Below are positions 1 to 13,595 of a DNA stretch of 64,000 nt, piece by piece; the first letter of the stretch is position 1, and every line of letters starts with the position of its first letter. Location of the stretch: the NCBI GenBank assembly GCA_951406725.2, contig OX597821.1, positions 98,208,001 through 98,272,000 of the forward strand, read 5' to 3'. The position numbers were made by a program, and so were the translations under genes. The stretch is from Octopus vulgaris (taxonomy: Eukaryota). The notes under the pieces are model-generated. The model was not told the origin of the DNA and did not search any database. It saw nothing but the letters and a program-made list of their open reading frames with translations.

Positions 1-96
1 TCAAGCACATGTCTCCACAGAAAATTTATTTTATATTGAATATTTTATTAATAATTATAATGACCTGTAAACATAAGTCTGAACTATTCCAACACA

Positions 97-1087
97 TGAT
101 GGACAGTTGAGAAGTTCATAAGCTGATCAAGATATTTTCATGGAATATGAGTAAATGAAGTTTATTTTTCAACGGAGTCCTCCTTGTCAGTCACACACTT
201 CTTCCATTAGTTTTACAGTGCTTGGATCCTATTGGTGAAAAAGCTTTGGCTCTGTTGCTCAACAGCAGATATGATATCATCATCACTTTGATACTGGTTC
301 CCAGCCGAGGGTTTTTCATGTTGGGGAACAGGTGACAGTCAAATCAAGAGAATAGGGAGGGTGGTCAATCAGTTCAAAGCCCAGTCACATACAGCAGCCA
401 TTGAAACCAAGGATTTGTGTGCTGGAGCATTGTCCTTGTGAAACAATATCCTTTTCATCAGCTTTCCTAGGCATTTGATCTTGATAACCTTTTATAAGTA
501 CTGCAGCAAATTGGCATAGTACTCTCCATTGATGGTGTAACTCACCAATTAAGAAACGTTCATCATACCAAGTTCATTATGCAGAATATTCTCAACTCTC
601 TCATGGGATATGCAAACAGCATTGGCAATTTGATTTATAATCAATCACCCATCATCCATCCCCATATGGTGAACTCTATCAACATTTTCCTCAGTGGTGG
701 CAGTTGCAGGATGTCCAGATCTTAGGTCATATTCAAGATGCTCTCTTCCCTCCCGCCAACTAAATTCAGCTGCCTACTGTTGCATTGTGGATAAAGCCGG
801 AGTATTGTTCTCTAATGTAGCATCTATGTTGGCATGAATGTTGTTGGGGGCTAAACCCTTTAGAAATTTTCTACGAGTACTTGATAATACCACAATGTGA
901 AATTTTGTCAGTTTTCAAGAGAAGTTGTGACTAGTTACTTTTGAAGTCTTCTTTGAATATTCAGATGTCAGTTTACCTGGTAAAAACTAATGCAGTTATG
1001 AATAAGAAGAGTTGAAATTCAACAATACTTCACAGCTCTAGTATCACTCTTTCATAGTTGGCCTATAAACTTTTCATCCCACCTTCA
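97..1087 (-). mobile_element. Decayed mariner (Tc1/mariner) transposon
   Basis: Minus-strand remnants ILFHKDNAPAH (about 450-417) and HPPYSLDL (364-341). Diverged TIRs (tgatggacagttgagaagtt / aacttttcatcccaccttca); TA at the right end. No intact ORF. Confidence 0.8.
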
Positions 1088-1815
1088 TACATTTCCTTGA
1101 TAACTAAATATTCTCTTGTATGATTAAGACTTTCTAATGAAAATTAACACAAGCTGAATAATTAAAATAGCTTACCATTCTGGATAATACAGACTGAAAC
1201 TAAAAGCTGGATTTAGGCTAGGATCACAACTAGTATTAAGACTAATAGAGGAATCATAACATAGATAAGCAAACATTTCTACAACAACCACAAATACTAA
1301 AAGATATTCAACAAAAGTAATATAAAAACGGTTTCAGCTACACCAAAAACATCACAGCCTTCATAGCTATATATAATAGCAGCAATCACATGTGTAAGAA
1401 TCAACTAAACCCACAATACATCAGCAGCAATGCTACATCTTGTCCTTTTAATGGTAAGTATCCAAGAAAGGCACAAGAGTAAGTAGATAGCAATGAGAAG
1501 AATTTCATGAAACTCACTGAAAATAACATTCAAGAATAAGTATATGCATCACACCCACTCAGATCCACAGATAAATGCACCTCTACCTCACTGTCATAGT
1601 ATATCTGGAACATAAATGAGAAAGAAAGCAACAGCACCAATATAGCTATGTTTGTTGTCAAAACTGCAGTACCTTACATTAATGGGTCAGAAAGATTCTT
1701 ACTCTGGTTGAAAGATATAACAACTTTTGAAGATGCCAAATATGAGATAGGAAACTGTGTCAAAGTGAGAACACAAACAGAAATGCCTTTTAAGGTAGTT
1801 CCTATTGCAGATGGG

Positions 1816-2203
1816 GTGGAGGCGCAATGGCCCAGTGGTTAGGGCAGCGGACTCGCGGTCATAGGATCGCGGTTTCGATTCCCAGACCGGGCGTTGTGAG
1901 TGTTTATTGAACGAAAACACCTAAAAGCTCCACGAGGCTCCGGCAGGGATGGTGGTGATCCCTGCTGTACTCTTTCACCACAACTTTCTCTCACTCTTAC
2001 TTCCTGTTTCTGTTGTACCTTTATTTCAAAGGGCTGGCCTTTTCACTCTCTGTGTCACGCTGAATATCCCCGAGAACTATGTTAAGGGTGCACATGTCTG
2101 TGGAGTGCTCAGCCACTTACACGTTAATTTCACGAGCAGGCTGTTCCGTTGATTCGGATCAGCCGGAACCCTCGTCGTCGTAACCGACGGAGTGCTTCCA
2201 TCC
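1816..2203 (+). mobile_element. Full-length tRNA-derived SINE (octopus OR1/OR2-like) with 12-bp TSD
   Basis: A box TGGCCCAGTGG and B box GGTTTCGATTCC. Flanked by the direct repeat ATTGCAGATGGG (1804-1815 and 2204-2215). The family name is from recall. Confidence 0.85.
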
Positions 2204-2838
2204 ATTGCAGATGGGATAATCATCAATGAACAAGGAAATTAAGCAGGGATTAACACTATTTTGACAGCATTTCTAACAGTACTCTTTATCAAGTTGTCAT
2301 GCAGACTGATTTATTTACTACGACTCCCAACAACCGCAGAATAAAACTGTACATGCTGCCTCAGTAACAGACTCTATTAATAGCTTGCTATGTTACATCA
2401 ATCCAACTGACCAATGGCGATTAAATACAAGTCTTGAAGCCTGATATTTGAATTTCAACTGTTGTGCATAAATTGGAAACAGAAAACTTGGAGTAGCAAA
2501 AGAGTGGAGTCCCAAAGTACACACAGCTGAGTGTGTAAAAATACTCAAGTACTCAATGCTTACTTAAAAAGACTAATATATTATTTGGTGCCTACAGTTA
2601 CTTCCATACCATAGTATCACACAAATGTCTAAGAATCTAAACATATTTGAAGATCATTTAGTTCAAATTCCTTAATATAAACAAGGAAATACAATATAAG
2701 ATGTTGCACCTCACAAAGGAGATGACAAAGGAGTGTAGCCATTAGCAACATCCAGTGCTGGAAAAGACTTAAAGACCTTTGCAAGTATGGCAAAGCATAC
2801 AATAAAATTTGGATAATGATGGAAGCTGGGATATAACA

Positions 2839-3285
2839 TTTATTTTTTATTTTTATCTAGTTTCAGCTCACAAGCTGTGGCCATGCTGGGGCACCGCCAT
2901 TTGGTGTTGCTACATGATTTTACTTCACAAATGCTTTTAGCAATTGCCATTTGGTGCATGAGAGAGTTCGATGCAGCTGCCCTCATCTGCACCTCCTGCC
3001 GTGAAGTTGGTTCATCTGGGACACCTGACAAGAAGAGATCCAGTTTTATTTTAAAGACATCTGCATCCACCCCATGCAGGTCTCTTAGGTTCTTCGGGAG
3101 GATATTGAAGAGCTTTGGGCCTCGTAAGCCCAGGCTATAACAGTATCTTGTCCTACATCTTGATGGCAAATTTGGAGTCCTTGGCACTGTGCAGTGGCGC
3201 CCAGTTCTGGCATTTGTGTAACTCTCGATGCCAAAGTTTGGGACAAGTCCTTCTAGGATCTTCCAGATGTATATTTAACAAGTTT
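2839..3285 (-). mobile_element. 5'-truncated CR1/L2-group LINE: ORF2 C-terminus and 3' tail
   Basis: WKILEGLVPNFG...SLGLRGPKLFNILPKNLRD...FKIKLDLFLSGVPDEP is a typical CR1-group C-terminus. Ends in an A-rich tail. Confidence 0.85.
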
Positions 3286-4539
3286 AACCTGCACCAGAAA
3301 TAGAATCTCAAAGAAGGACAACTCTGAAAACACCAGAACACAACATACAAATGATTCACAAACAACAACAAACACAAATAAACAAGCACATTAAACATAT
3401 GCATCTCATCATCAGCTGGGGTCTTTTGCCCTTTTTGTAGCTGCTAATTCTCCATCTGCTTCCTTCTTTGGCCTTCTCATCTGCCCCAACCACCTTGTTC
3501 ACGGCACAATGCCACCTGTGTAACAAGGGTAAAACTTTCAATCTGTTCATACACAATCCTACCGACCATTATCTGTACCTCTCTACTCCTCTCTCTCCCT
3601 CTCAGCATGCAGCCTAGGTAACAAGGGATTGTATTGGATCTGTTGGCTTGTGATGTAGCCCGTTATATATAACTTCACAAACCCCTTCCCTTAGTTCGCT
3701 CCTTCATTAAAATCAACCACAAATTTGAATCACTGTATAATTAGACATGACGCAGTGAAGTTGTGTCAACGATCAGGTGGTAACTATAGGAAATCCGTTA
3801 CATTTCACAGTATTCAACACTATTAAAAAATAAAGCAAAAGTGAACAAAATGTTCTAAGTGGCTGTTGTGAGTCTACCACATTGTAATGGGTTTCACTTC
3901 CAACACGAATGTCTCAGAGCAAGTCACTCGTCAAGCAAGTGAAACTTTAGGTATGCGTGTGAAGGTATATGTGTGTGTGCTTATAATTGTCATTACATCT
4001 GAGCCATGATTTCAAGCAGGTATTCAGGTATTTGAACACAGTGACCTCGAGCAAACTTCCTCAGTGGTTGTAGAAGCTTATAAGTGTTTAATAACAGCAG
4101 TATTGTTGTCTAACAGCACACCTGTTACATCTGTATCACTGTCTAAGCATATTATTTTCATGTTATTCTTTCTTTTCTTCCATGGGCTGGATGGGGCTGT
4201 TACAGCACAGTCTTGTCACTTGTCATTTTTTTCATGCAATACCAATTTCTAACACATTTTCTACTCCTACCGTATCCTAAACGTATCCTCCCACATGGAT
4301 CACCTGACACTTCATCAAATGCTGTCTGCCTTATGCATTACATGGTTGTACAAGCAAATTCTCCTCATTCCTCTAATGCCCATTGTTCTTTCTCTAGCTT
4401 ATTTATGCTCCATTATTCATTCACTCTGTCATTTCAAATCCATCAAAGAGTATGTATCTCATTTCTTTCAAAGAATACATGTGTATATCTATGGTAGTAG
4501 ACAGTTTCTGTTACCTGGGTGACCTAATTAGCAGTAGAG

Positions 4540-4990
4540 GATGATACTATGAAAGAACAATTGCTAGAATAAGAATAGGCTGAAGGAAGTTCAGTGAGTT
4601 TTAATTGTTTGTAACAAAAGCATCTCTCTCAAAGTAAAAAGCAAATTGTATGGTGCTTGTGCACAAAAAGCAATGATGCATGGTAATAAAGCATGGGTCC
4701 TGAGTGTTGAGGACATGAGAAGGCTAGAAAGAAATGAAGCTAGCCTGTTCCGCTAGATGTGCAATGTCATTGTTCATGCATGACCAAGTACAAACATGTT
4801 GAGAAAAAATTTTGGCATAAGAGGCATCAGATATAATTACAAAAAGAAGTAACAATCACTAAATGCTGATGGAACCTGTAGAAGAGAGAGAGACTCAGGA
4901 AGACATAGGACAAAGTGAAGAATGACCTCCAGTTACTGATCCTCATAAAAGAAAAAATCAAGATGGTTGGCAATTTGCTATGTTCAAGAT
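4540..4990 (+). mobile_element. Old RTE-clade LINE fragment
   Basis: LSLKVKSKLYGACAQKAMMHGNKAW...RRLERNEASLFR resembles the post-RT region of RTE elements. Contains stops. Confidence 0.6.
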
Positions 4991-5420
4991 GACCCGACCA
5001 TCTAAGCAAAAACGGGAGCTTAACAGTGTATTGTTTACGAATATGCTAACAGCTACCTCCACTCATGTTCACCACTCACTGCATCACCTTTTCATGAACT
5101 TATCTACCTACTCTCCCTGTCCACTCCTCTGTACCACTTCTCTAAGATTTATCATCCTGTAATTTGATGGTATGGCCTGACATATCTTCACCACTATCTT
5201 CTCTTTTTCCCAACTGAGGTAGCCATGTATCTCCTCTACAGCAAGACATCTGTTTCTGTCCTTCTTTCATACCTTAATAAAAGCATCTCCCTTAATACTA
5301 CACCCCATTTAATTGAGGGGTCTTGTCTTTGTAAGTTACTTGGTGACCACACTGGGGTTGGTGCCATGTTAAAAGTACCCCATTCACTCTGTAAAGAGAA
5401 ACCATCTCTTTTTTTTTTTT

Positions 5421-5822
5421 TTACTCTTTTTCTTGTTTCAGTCATTTGACTGCGGCCATGCTGGAGCACCGCCTTTAGTCGAGCAACTCGATCCCGGGAT
5501 TTATTCTTTGTAAGCCTAGTACTTATTCTATTGGTCTCTTTTGCAGAACCACTAAGTGACGGGGACATAAACACACCAGCATCGGTTGTCAAGCAATGTT
5601 TGGGGGACAAACACAGACACACAAACATACACGCACACATATATATATATACATATATACGACAGGCTTCTTTCAGTTTCCGTCTACCAAATCCACTCAC
5701 AAGGCTTTGGTCAGCCCGAGGCTATAGTAGAAGACACTTGTCCAAGGTGCCATGCAGTGGGACTGAACCCGGAGCCATGTGGTTGGTAAGCAAGCTACTT
5801 ACCACACAGCCACTCCTGCGCC
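5421..5822 (-). mobile_element. Composite tRNA/CORE-like SINE with internal (TA)n(TG)n (family A)
   Basis: Near-identical reverse complement of the copies at 17556, 41261 and 49968. A box TGGCTGTGTGG, B box GGTTCAGTCCC. Confidence 0.9.
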
Positions 5823-6123
5823 ATCCCATACATGCCAGCAATGAGAACAGAAGTTAAATGATGATGATGATGATGATGGCAGCATGTGTATTCTGGTTTT
5901 TACAATAAGCACACTCTCTATCACTGCCTGTAACAGGTGACTAAAATGGTTGGCATGAGAAAGAGCATCTGGCTGTACAACACAACCTAAAAAAGTCCCA
6001 ACCAACATGAAAAAGACTATCAGGGAAAAGTGAATAAGTAAATGATGATTATGTTCACTGTGATGGTAAAGTGGTAGTAATGATGAATTAACTGAAAAAG
6101 GTTCAGGTTATTTGTTTGATTAA

Positions 6124-6292
6124 CCCTTTCGTTACCAACCCCTCTGAAACTGGCTTTGGCTCTGAATACAAATGTCTTGTTTTCATAAGCTTTGAATTAA
6201 AATCTTCCACCAAACCTTAGTCACAATTTATGTTCCTAACACTAGCTGAAAGAAATACAGAGCATCTAAAAGAAAATACAGTAACGAAAGGG
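6124..6292. mobile_element. piggyBac-type MITE
   Basis: TIR CCCTTTCGTTAC / GTAACGAAAGGG, with TTAA on both sides. Confidence 0.8.
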
Positions 6293-6548
6293 TTAAACAA
6301 AAAATGTACTTGGATAAGAAGTTTGCTTGGAAACCATGTAATTTTGTGGGGTTTTTTTCCCAATGCAAGTGTCTTTTCTTACTGCTTCATATTGACCTAT
6401 ACCTTATGTACAGAATTCAGTAAGTGGAATTTGTGAGGAGCCTTTCGTATAAGTGTGTATGCTTGTGTGTGTCTGTGTGTGTGTATACTCATCATCATTT
6501 TAATATGCACTTTTTCCATGCTAGTAAAAGTCATATATACATACATAC

Positions 6549-6579
<31 letters not shown>

Positions 6580-6748
6580 CATACACATTTCTACGATGGG
6601 CTTCTTTCAGTCTCACAAGGCTTTGGTCGGCCCAAGGCTATAGTAGAAAACACTTGCCCAAGGTGCCATGCAATGGGACTGAAGCTGGAACCCATGTTGT
6701 TGGTAAGCAACCTACTTACCACACAGCCATTCCTACGGCTATATATAC

Positions 6749-6784
<36 letters not shown>

Positions 6785-7270
6785 CCTGATTCCCGGCATG
6801 GGAACGTCTTTGCACCAGTTCCGCATAGCCCCAGCCTATTCAAAGTACCTTGGATTTCAGAACAACCCACTGTGCTTGAGGAGACCAATTGAGTCAAGTA
6901 CATGAACATCGAAATAAATATCAATGGAAATAGTAGTTGTGATACCTGTGCAGGTGGCACGTAAAAAGCTCCATCCGAACGTGGCCGATGCCAGCACCGC
7001 CTTGACTGGCTTTTGTGCCGGTGGCATGTAAAAAGCACCATCCGAACGTGGCTGATGCCAGCGCTGCCTTGACTGGCTTCTGTGCTGGTGGCATGTAAAA
7101 AGCACCCACTACACTCACGGAGTGGTTGGCGTTAGGAAGGGCATCCAGCTGTAAATACACTGCCGGATCAGACTGGAGCCTGGTGCAGCCTCCTGGCTTC
7201 CCAGGCCCCGGTTGAACTGTCCAATCCATGCTAGCACGGAAAATGGACGTTAAACGATGATGATGATGAT
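6785..7270 (+). mobile_element. (GAT)n-tailed retroposon with internal ~63-bp tandem repeats (RTE LINE 3' UTR, variant 1)
   Basis: Repeated GTGCCGGTGGCAYGTAAAAAGCACC units, then GTTAGGAAGGGCATCCAGCTGT and a (GAT)n tail. Many copies in the window. Confidence 0.85.
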
Positions 7271-7553
7271 ATATATATATACACACGCACATACATATAT
7301 GTGCATGTATGTGTTTCTGTTTGTCCCCCAATATCACTAATAATTGGTGTTGGTGAGTTTATTATCCCTTAACTTAGTGGCTCAGCAAAAGGAATTTGTA
7401 GAATAAGTACCAGACTTTAAATAAAAAAGTACTGGGGCGACTCATTCAACTAAAATTTCTTGAAGGCAGTGCCTCAGCATGGTTGTAGTCTAGTGACTGA
7501 AACAAGTAAAAGATAAAAGATATATATATGCATGTATATCTATATCTATCTAT

Positions 7554-8213
7554 CGAGACCTATGGAAGTATGCTGTGCATGAGAAGACCCGGCAAGACTA
7601 GTGAGACCATAACTCGTGGCCTCTACCTGGTATGTAGCCAGTCGAGTTATACATACCTTTCCTTCTTGGGACACAAAACTCCACTTGTGAAGACCCGTTG
7701 AGGCAAGTGAAAATCAAAAAAAAAAAAAATCAAAATCAAAATCAAAACCAAACCAAATCAAATCAGATATCAGAAAGCAGAACCAAAATCGAAGTCGATC
7801 AACATCAATGGAAATTGCAGCTGTGATACCAGTGCCAGTGACAAGTAAGCGAACCATCCGATCGTGACCGTTGCCAGCGCCGCCCCGACTGGCCTCTGTG
7901 CCGGTGGCATGTAAAAAGTACCATCCGTTTGTGGCCATTGCCAGCTACGCCTGGCCCCTGTGCCGGTGGCATGTAAAAAGCACCATCCGTCCGTGGCCAT
8001 TTGCCAGCTCCGTCTGGCACCTGTGTGGGTGGCACGTAAAAAGCACCCACTACACTCATGGAGTGGTTGGCATTAGGAAGGGCATCCAGCTGTAGAAACA
8101 TTGCCAGATCAGACTGGGCCTGGTGCAGCCTTCCCAGACGCCAGTTGAACCATCCAACCCATGCCAGCATGGAAAGCAGACGTTAAATGATGATGATGAT
8201 GATGATGATGATG
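7554..8213 (+). mobile_element. 5'-truncated RTE-clade LINE: last codons plus complete 3' UTR with tandem repeats and (GAT)n tail
   Basis: Begins RDLWKYAVHEKTRQD* (7554-7601), an RTE-like C-terminus, and continues into the same repeat and tail as the other copies. Confidence 0.8.
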
Positions 8214-8549
8214 AAACCTCTATAACTTCTCGTTAATTCTTTCTCTCCATTAATTCTGCACTTCTTAACTCTTTCTGTATCTCTCTTTTACTCCCTTTCA
8301 GTATGATGTAAGGCATGATTGGAGAAATCAACCAACACTTATATTATCTATTATTATTATTATTATATATACATAGTTTTATTAAAACTGAAAGTTTATC
8401 ATGTGACTTCAGTTTCATGCCACTTCAATGTTTGATTTTCAAGTGTGAAACTCAAGATGCGAGACAAACTTTCAGTTTCAATAAAATCATATTCTCTACA
8501 TGTACTGAGAAATCCTCACTCATTTGTCTGACATAAATATATATATATA

Positions 8550-8920
8550 TCATCATCATCATCATCATCGTTTAGCATCCGCTTTCCATGCTGGCATGGG
8601 TTGGATGGTTCAACTGGGATCTGGGAAGCCAGAAGGCTGCACCAGGCCCAGTCTGATCTGGCAATGTTTCTACGGCTGGATGCCCTTCCTAACACCAACC
8701 ACTCCATGAGTGTAGTGGGTGCTTTTTATGTGCCACCGGCACAGGTGCCAGACGAGGCTGGCAAACGGCCACGATGAGATGGTGCTTTTTACATGCCACC
8801 GGCACAAGGCCAGTCGGGGCGGCGCTGGCAACGGCCACGTTCAGATGGTTCTCTTACGTACCACCGGCACTGGTATCACAGCTGCAATTTCCATTGATGT
8901 TGATCGATTTCGATTTTGAT
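8550..8920 (-). mobile_element. RTE 3'-UTR-derived repeat
   Basis: (CAT)n followed by the reverse complement of the 7800-8213 sequence. It forms an inverted pair with that copy. Confidence 0.85.
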
Positions 8921-8921
8921 T

Positions 8922-8953
<32 letters not shown>

Positions 8954-10463
8954 TACATTTTCAAACATGTAGAAGTAGAAAAAAAAAGAAGAAACTGAAA
9001 ATGCATTTGGAATCTTTAAAGTGTAAATAAATCTTAGACTCCAAGAGCATTTTCAACCTCTTTATGTGTGTGCATCTATATATATGTGCACGCACACATG
9101 TATATATTTATGTATATACACCCATTCCACTGCTGCCTTCTATAATCATGCCAACTCCCATTCTTACACTGACTTTTCTCATCCCACTCACCGACCCCTT
9201 ACTCCCAGTTCTTCCATCTTCACAATCTATGCAGCCATAAACCACAAATTGGACCCTGTTAGCACATTGCCTTCTCTTTGTTAGATATGGATATTCCCCA
9301 TGCCAGTCAAAGCTGCCCTTACCTATGCCCAACACTTCTGCTACTTCTCCTTGCACCCACCCTACTTCCAATTTCCTCTTACCACTCCTCATCTTTACCT
9401 CTCTGCCTTAAGATCCTGAGTATTTCCATCTCCTCCTGCTACTCTCCACCTTTCCCATAATCCACTTTACTTCAAACATGTTCACAACCTATGTAACTAA
9501 CTGGGCCAGAGTTCCTTCCTCTCTCCCTATACACTACCCAGATTCCTGCCTTGTGCTTAATCCTATTATGACACCTGTCCATTTCTCATGAACACCATTA
9601 TATGGTTGGCATCTAGTTGTAGAAACCAAGCCAAATCAAACTGGAACCTGGAGCAGTTCTTTGGCTTGCCAGTTCTAATCAAACTGTCCAACGCATGCCA
9701 GCATGGAATATGGATGTTAAAGGATGAACTCCACTACCACACCTTCCATATTTCTGTTGTATACACTTGTCCTTCTACCATACTTTAATCTTTCAACATT
9801 TAGCATAAAGCCATCTTCCCCTTTCAGATACTCCCCACCACCCAGTAGCAGGAGCTTTTTTTACCTTTTTGCCTGTTCTTTTTCTGTATTGCAAGTTACT
9901 TGGCAGCTTCACTAGTGCTGGTGGCATGTAAAAAGCACCCAGTACACACCATAAATTGGCTGGTATTAGGAAGGGCATCTGGCTATAGAAACCATGCCAC
10001 AGCTGACACTGAAGCTCAATGCACCTCGCTGAATTCAATCAAACTGTTCAGTTCATAACAGTATGGAAAAACAGATTTTAAATGATGATGATAATGATGT
10101 ACCTCCACTAGTATCAGTTCCTCAAATGCTCCTTCTGCAACTCCTTACATATTGGATAAATTAGCTGCCATATGGACAACCTATTTACAAAGTATCTTTG
10201 AGGCAACTAAACATTTGCCTCTTGACCATTTCCTGAATTATTCAACACAACACCTCAGTCCATGTTTAGCTTGGTTTTTACACACCAAGCTCATGAAATC
10301 CACATTTTGCTAAGAGTAGCAGTTTATATTCTCTCAAAGCATTCAGTTCTTTTGATCTTAGTTCACAATCTTCCTCATTGTATGAATAGAAAACACAGCA
10401 CACAAAGTACATCAACATGTACATACATACATGTTCATGTACACATACTGAAGCAACATTTTA

Positions 10464-10819
10464 CATCATCGTTTAACGTCCGTTTTCCATGCTAGCATGG
10501 GTTGGATGGTTCAACTGGGGTCTGGAAAGCCAGAAGGCTGTGCCAGGCCCAGTCTGATCTGGCAGTGTTTCTACAGCTGGATGCCCTTCCTAATGCCAAC
10601 CACTCCGAGAGTGTAGTGGGTGCTTTTTATGTGCCACCTGCACAGGTGCCAGACGAGGCTGGCAAATGGCCACGATCGGATGGTGCTTTTTATATGCCAC
10701 CAGCACAGGGGCCAGACGAGGCTGGTAACAGCCACAATCGGATGGTTCTTTTACGTGCCACCGGCATGGAGGCCAGTCGGGGAGGTGCTGGCAACGGCCA
10801 CGTTCGGATGGTTCTCTTA
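10464..10819 (-). mobile_element. RTE 3'-UTR-derived repeat
   Basis: Same family, with internal tandem units. Confidence 0.85.
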
Positions 10820-12744
10820 CATTATACTTAAATGAAAACTTGTACAACACACATATTCAAAACAACAGAAATTCCATCACACACCGACATGACTCCCACA
10901 TACACATGGCCAAATTTTGTTGATGCTTAGCATGAAAATGCCACATCCAAAAATGAGACAGTGAACATATGAATGCATAAACATGATGCATACAGAAAGC
11001 TACTCTTCCACACTAACATAAATAACTCACTACCGTTTCATTTTCCCATGTCCTTGAACACCAGACCTGACTATCCCACTCAGTGGCTACCAATAAACTA
11101 ACCAACACACGGGCTATTTCACCTTAACTTCCCTTCCTATATTTTATCTTGTCTTTGTTTTCTACTCTCCATCTATATTCCAAAGGACAATTCTTGAAAT
11201 ATAATTAATTTTTTCCACTCTCTGAACATCAACCTAATAACTTTGATCCGGTTTCATTTTTTTGATGCTTTTCTCTCCCCACCACAAACGAGTGAAAATA
11301 TAAAAACTTTAGCCATCATCAGCAGCAATGATTATCAAAAATATTGATCTATGCGTATTGTAATGGGTATTTTTGTTGAGGATGCCATGATACATTTAGA
11401 CAAAGAAATACATATACTAGAGTGGAAATATACAGTTGAAAAATCAAGGTTCAACTTTGTTTTTTAGGGATTTCATTTAAGAAAGAAATATTCATAACAT
11501 AATAAGTTAATGTCAACCAAAATGAAGTTTTAACTGTGGCTGTAAGAGCACAATTTATCCCTAAAAATGCACAACTTTAACTAACAACTGTGTTTTGTAA
11601 TTCTGTATCAACTAGAAATAAATTTTATTTGAGCTAAATTTATACAAACTGTTGGTGCTTGCTTTATTAATGGAATCTTTGGAGAAATTTATATTTTGCC
11701 CATTCATTTTTAATGTCCATTTTTGTGTGATTGCCTAAGTTAGGTCAGACTTATTTGATGCAGGATTTTACAACTAGGTAATTATTCTACTGTTAATCCT
11801 TACCTGTTTCTCAAAAATGCGATTTCTTTATTTCTCGCCTTTGAAACTGCAGAGAAACCACTCATACTATCAACTAGGAATGTCATTATCATCACCATTG
11901 ATTTCAAGCAGTGACAAGTGTGGAAAAGAAACATTCTCCCACACACACATCATTGTTTCAAATCCACTTTGCAATGCTTGCTTGAGTTAGGTGTGAAGCC
12001 GGGTTTTCTATGGCCAGACATTTTTTCGCAATATTTTGGAAATGAAGGATACAGCTTGCATAACAGGCACAACTATCACACATCAAAACAAGGAGATACA
12101 AACACACATACACATACAGATCATTTCATGTCCATTTTCCATGCTGGCGTGCCAAAGGATTTTACCAAGCTCCAATGTCTGCTTTGATATGGTTTCTACA
12201 GTTGGTTGCCCTTCCTAATGCACACATGGGCTTCCTGCAGTTTCTGTTTACCAAATTCCTTTGCATGGCATTTGTAATATTAGGGCAAATGGAAGACACT
12301 TGCTCAAGATGCCTGATGGGGCCAAACTCCAAGAAGTCACAGAATTGTAAAGCCAAACTTCATCTGAATCTATTATACTAAAATATTGTTTTTAAATTAC
12401 ATTCCACGTAATATATCACCTATGACTATATGGCATATTTTGAAAGATGCTGGTTTTAATTCCTTAGCATTTGGGTAACTCTGTCAAATGTAATGCTTAT
12501 TTAGTCATATTGTTTTGAATTAATCATGCATTTTCTCACAGCTTCAAGATTCTAATGATGTGACTGTATTTTTTTTTAGAATGGCATTGTAGGGTAGGTG
12601 TGAGAGGCCAGATCTGACCAGTTTGAACATGAAACAGGTAAAATATATAGGCCAGGTGTAGCCAGTTTAAATGCTAAAGAAATGCAAAAGATCAAAAGCA
12701 AAACAAACAAGTCAGTATTAAACCATTTCAATCAACAATGTTAA

Positions 12745-12772
12745 GACAAATATAAAAAAATTAACTTTTATT
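12745..12772 (-). promoter_or_regulatory. Candidate distal polyadenylation signal for the FAK transcript
   Basis: AATAAA on the minus strand at 12772-12767, followed by a T/GT-rich tract. It ends a long A/T-tract-rich region with fewer SINEs. Other AATAAA motifs exist, so this call is weak. Confidence 0.25.
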
Positions 12773-13595
12773 CATTCAGAATTGTTATATATATTTATAT
12801 AGAAAAAAAAAAAAGAATATTAATAGTAATAATATTAATATCAAATTGAAGAATTTGAAATAATTTATCTCTCTCTCTCTCTATACATATATAGATGTAT
12901 ACACACACACACACACACATATATATATGTATGTATGTATATATGTTAGTCACACAGCTTCTTAATTCTTAAAAATGTTTTTTTTTTTGTTTTTGCTGTT
13001 GGTTTTTTTTTTCTCTGCTATTTCTGAAACTGTGGAGTTGGGGTGGACATGTTTGGGAGGTACAAGAAATATATTTGAAAAAATTTTGGTTTTAATTTAT
13101 CATTTTTTTGCGGGGAGGAGGGGGAAGGTATATTTCTTTGTTGTTTTTATCTAGACTGTTCAATTTCAAAAAGTGGGGAAAGATAACAGATCTACTATTC
13201 AGTACAAACCAGAAAATGGAAAAAGAAAAAAAAAAAAAAAAAGACAAGAAATGAAAGGTTAACAAATTTAGGGGAATTTCTCCCTTCAGTTTTATTGTCA
13301 TAAATATGTGTATGTGTGTGAAAATAGACAGAGAGTACACACCAAGTTGTTATCATCATCATCATCATTGTTGTTGTTGTTAGACTAATTAATATATACA
13401 GGTCAGGATTCGGCTTGGTGGATTAGTCGACTTTATTTCTTGAAAGTTCAAAGTTCATATTTAGCCCTATGTCATCTGTCTAATTTTCCACCTATACACT
13501 GACCTGCTCAAAGTCCTCCATACGGAACAAGGGATTAAACTGAAATGTGTGTATATAATCTATAGCAAAAGTATATAATAATAATAATAATAATA

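Noticed and set aside
1816-1890. tRNA-like sequence (also the heads at 17556, 41261 and 42973)
   Set aside because: A and B boxes are present, but they run into SINE bodies with tails or TSDs. These are not tRNA genes.
3356-3556. Possible minus-strand exon after acceptor-like ttgttacacAG
   Set aside because: No recognisable peptide, no convincing donor and no partner exons.
5236-5857. Recurrent ORFs containing FRLPNPLTRLWSARGYSRRHL or MFLQLDALPNANHS
   Set aside because: They recur because they are translations of multi-copy SINE and RTE-UTR repeats, not a gene family.
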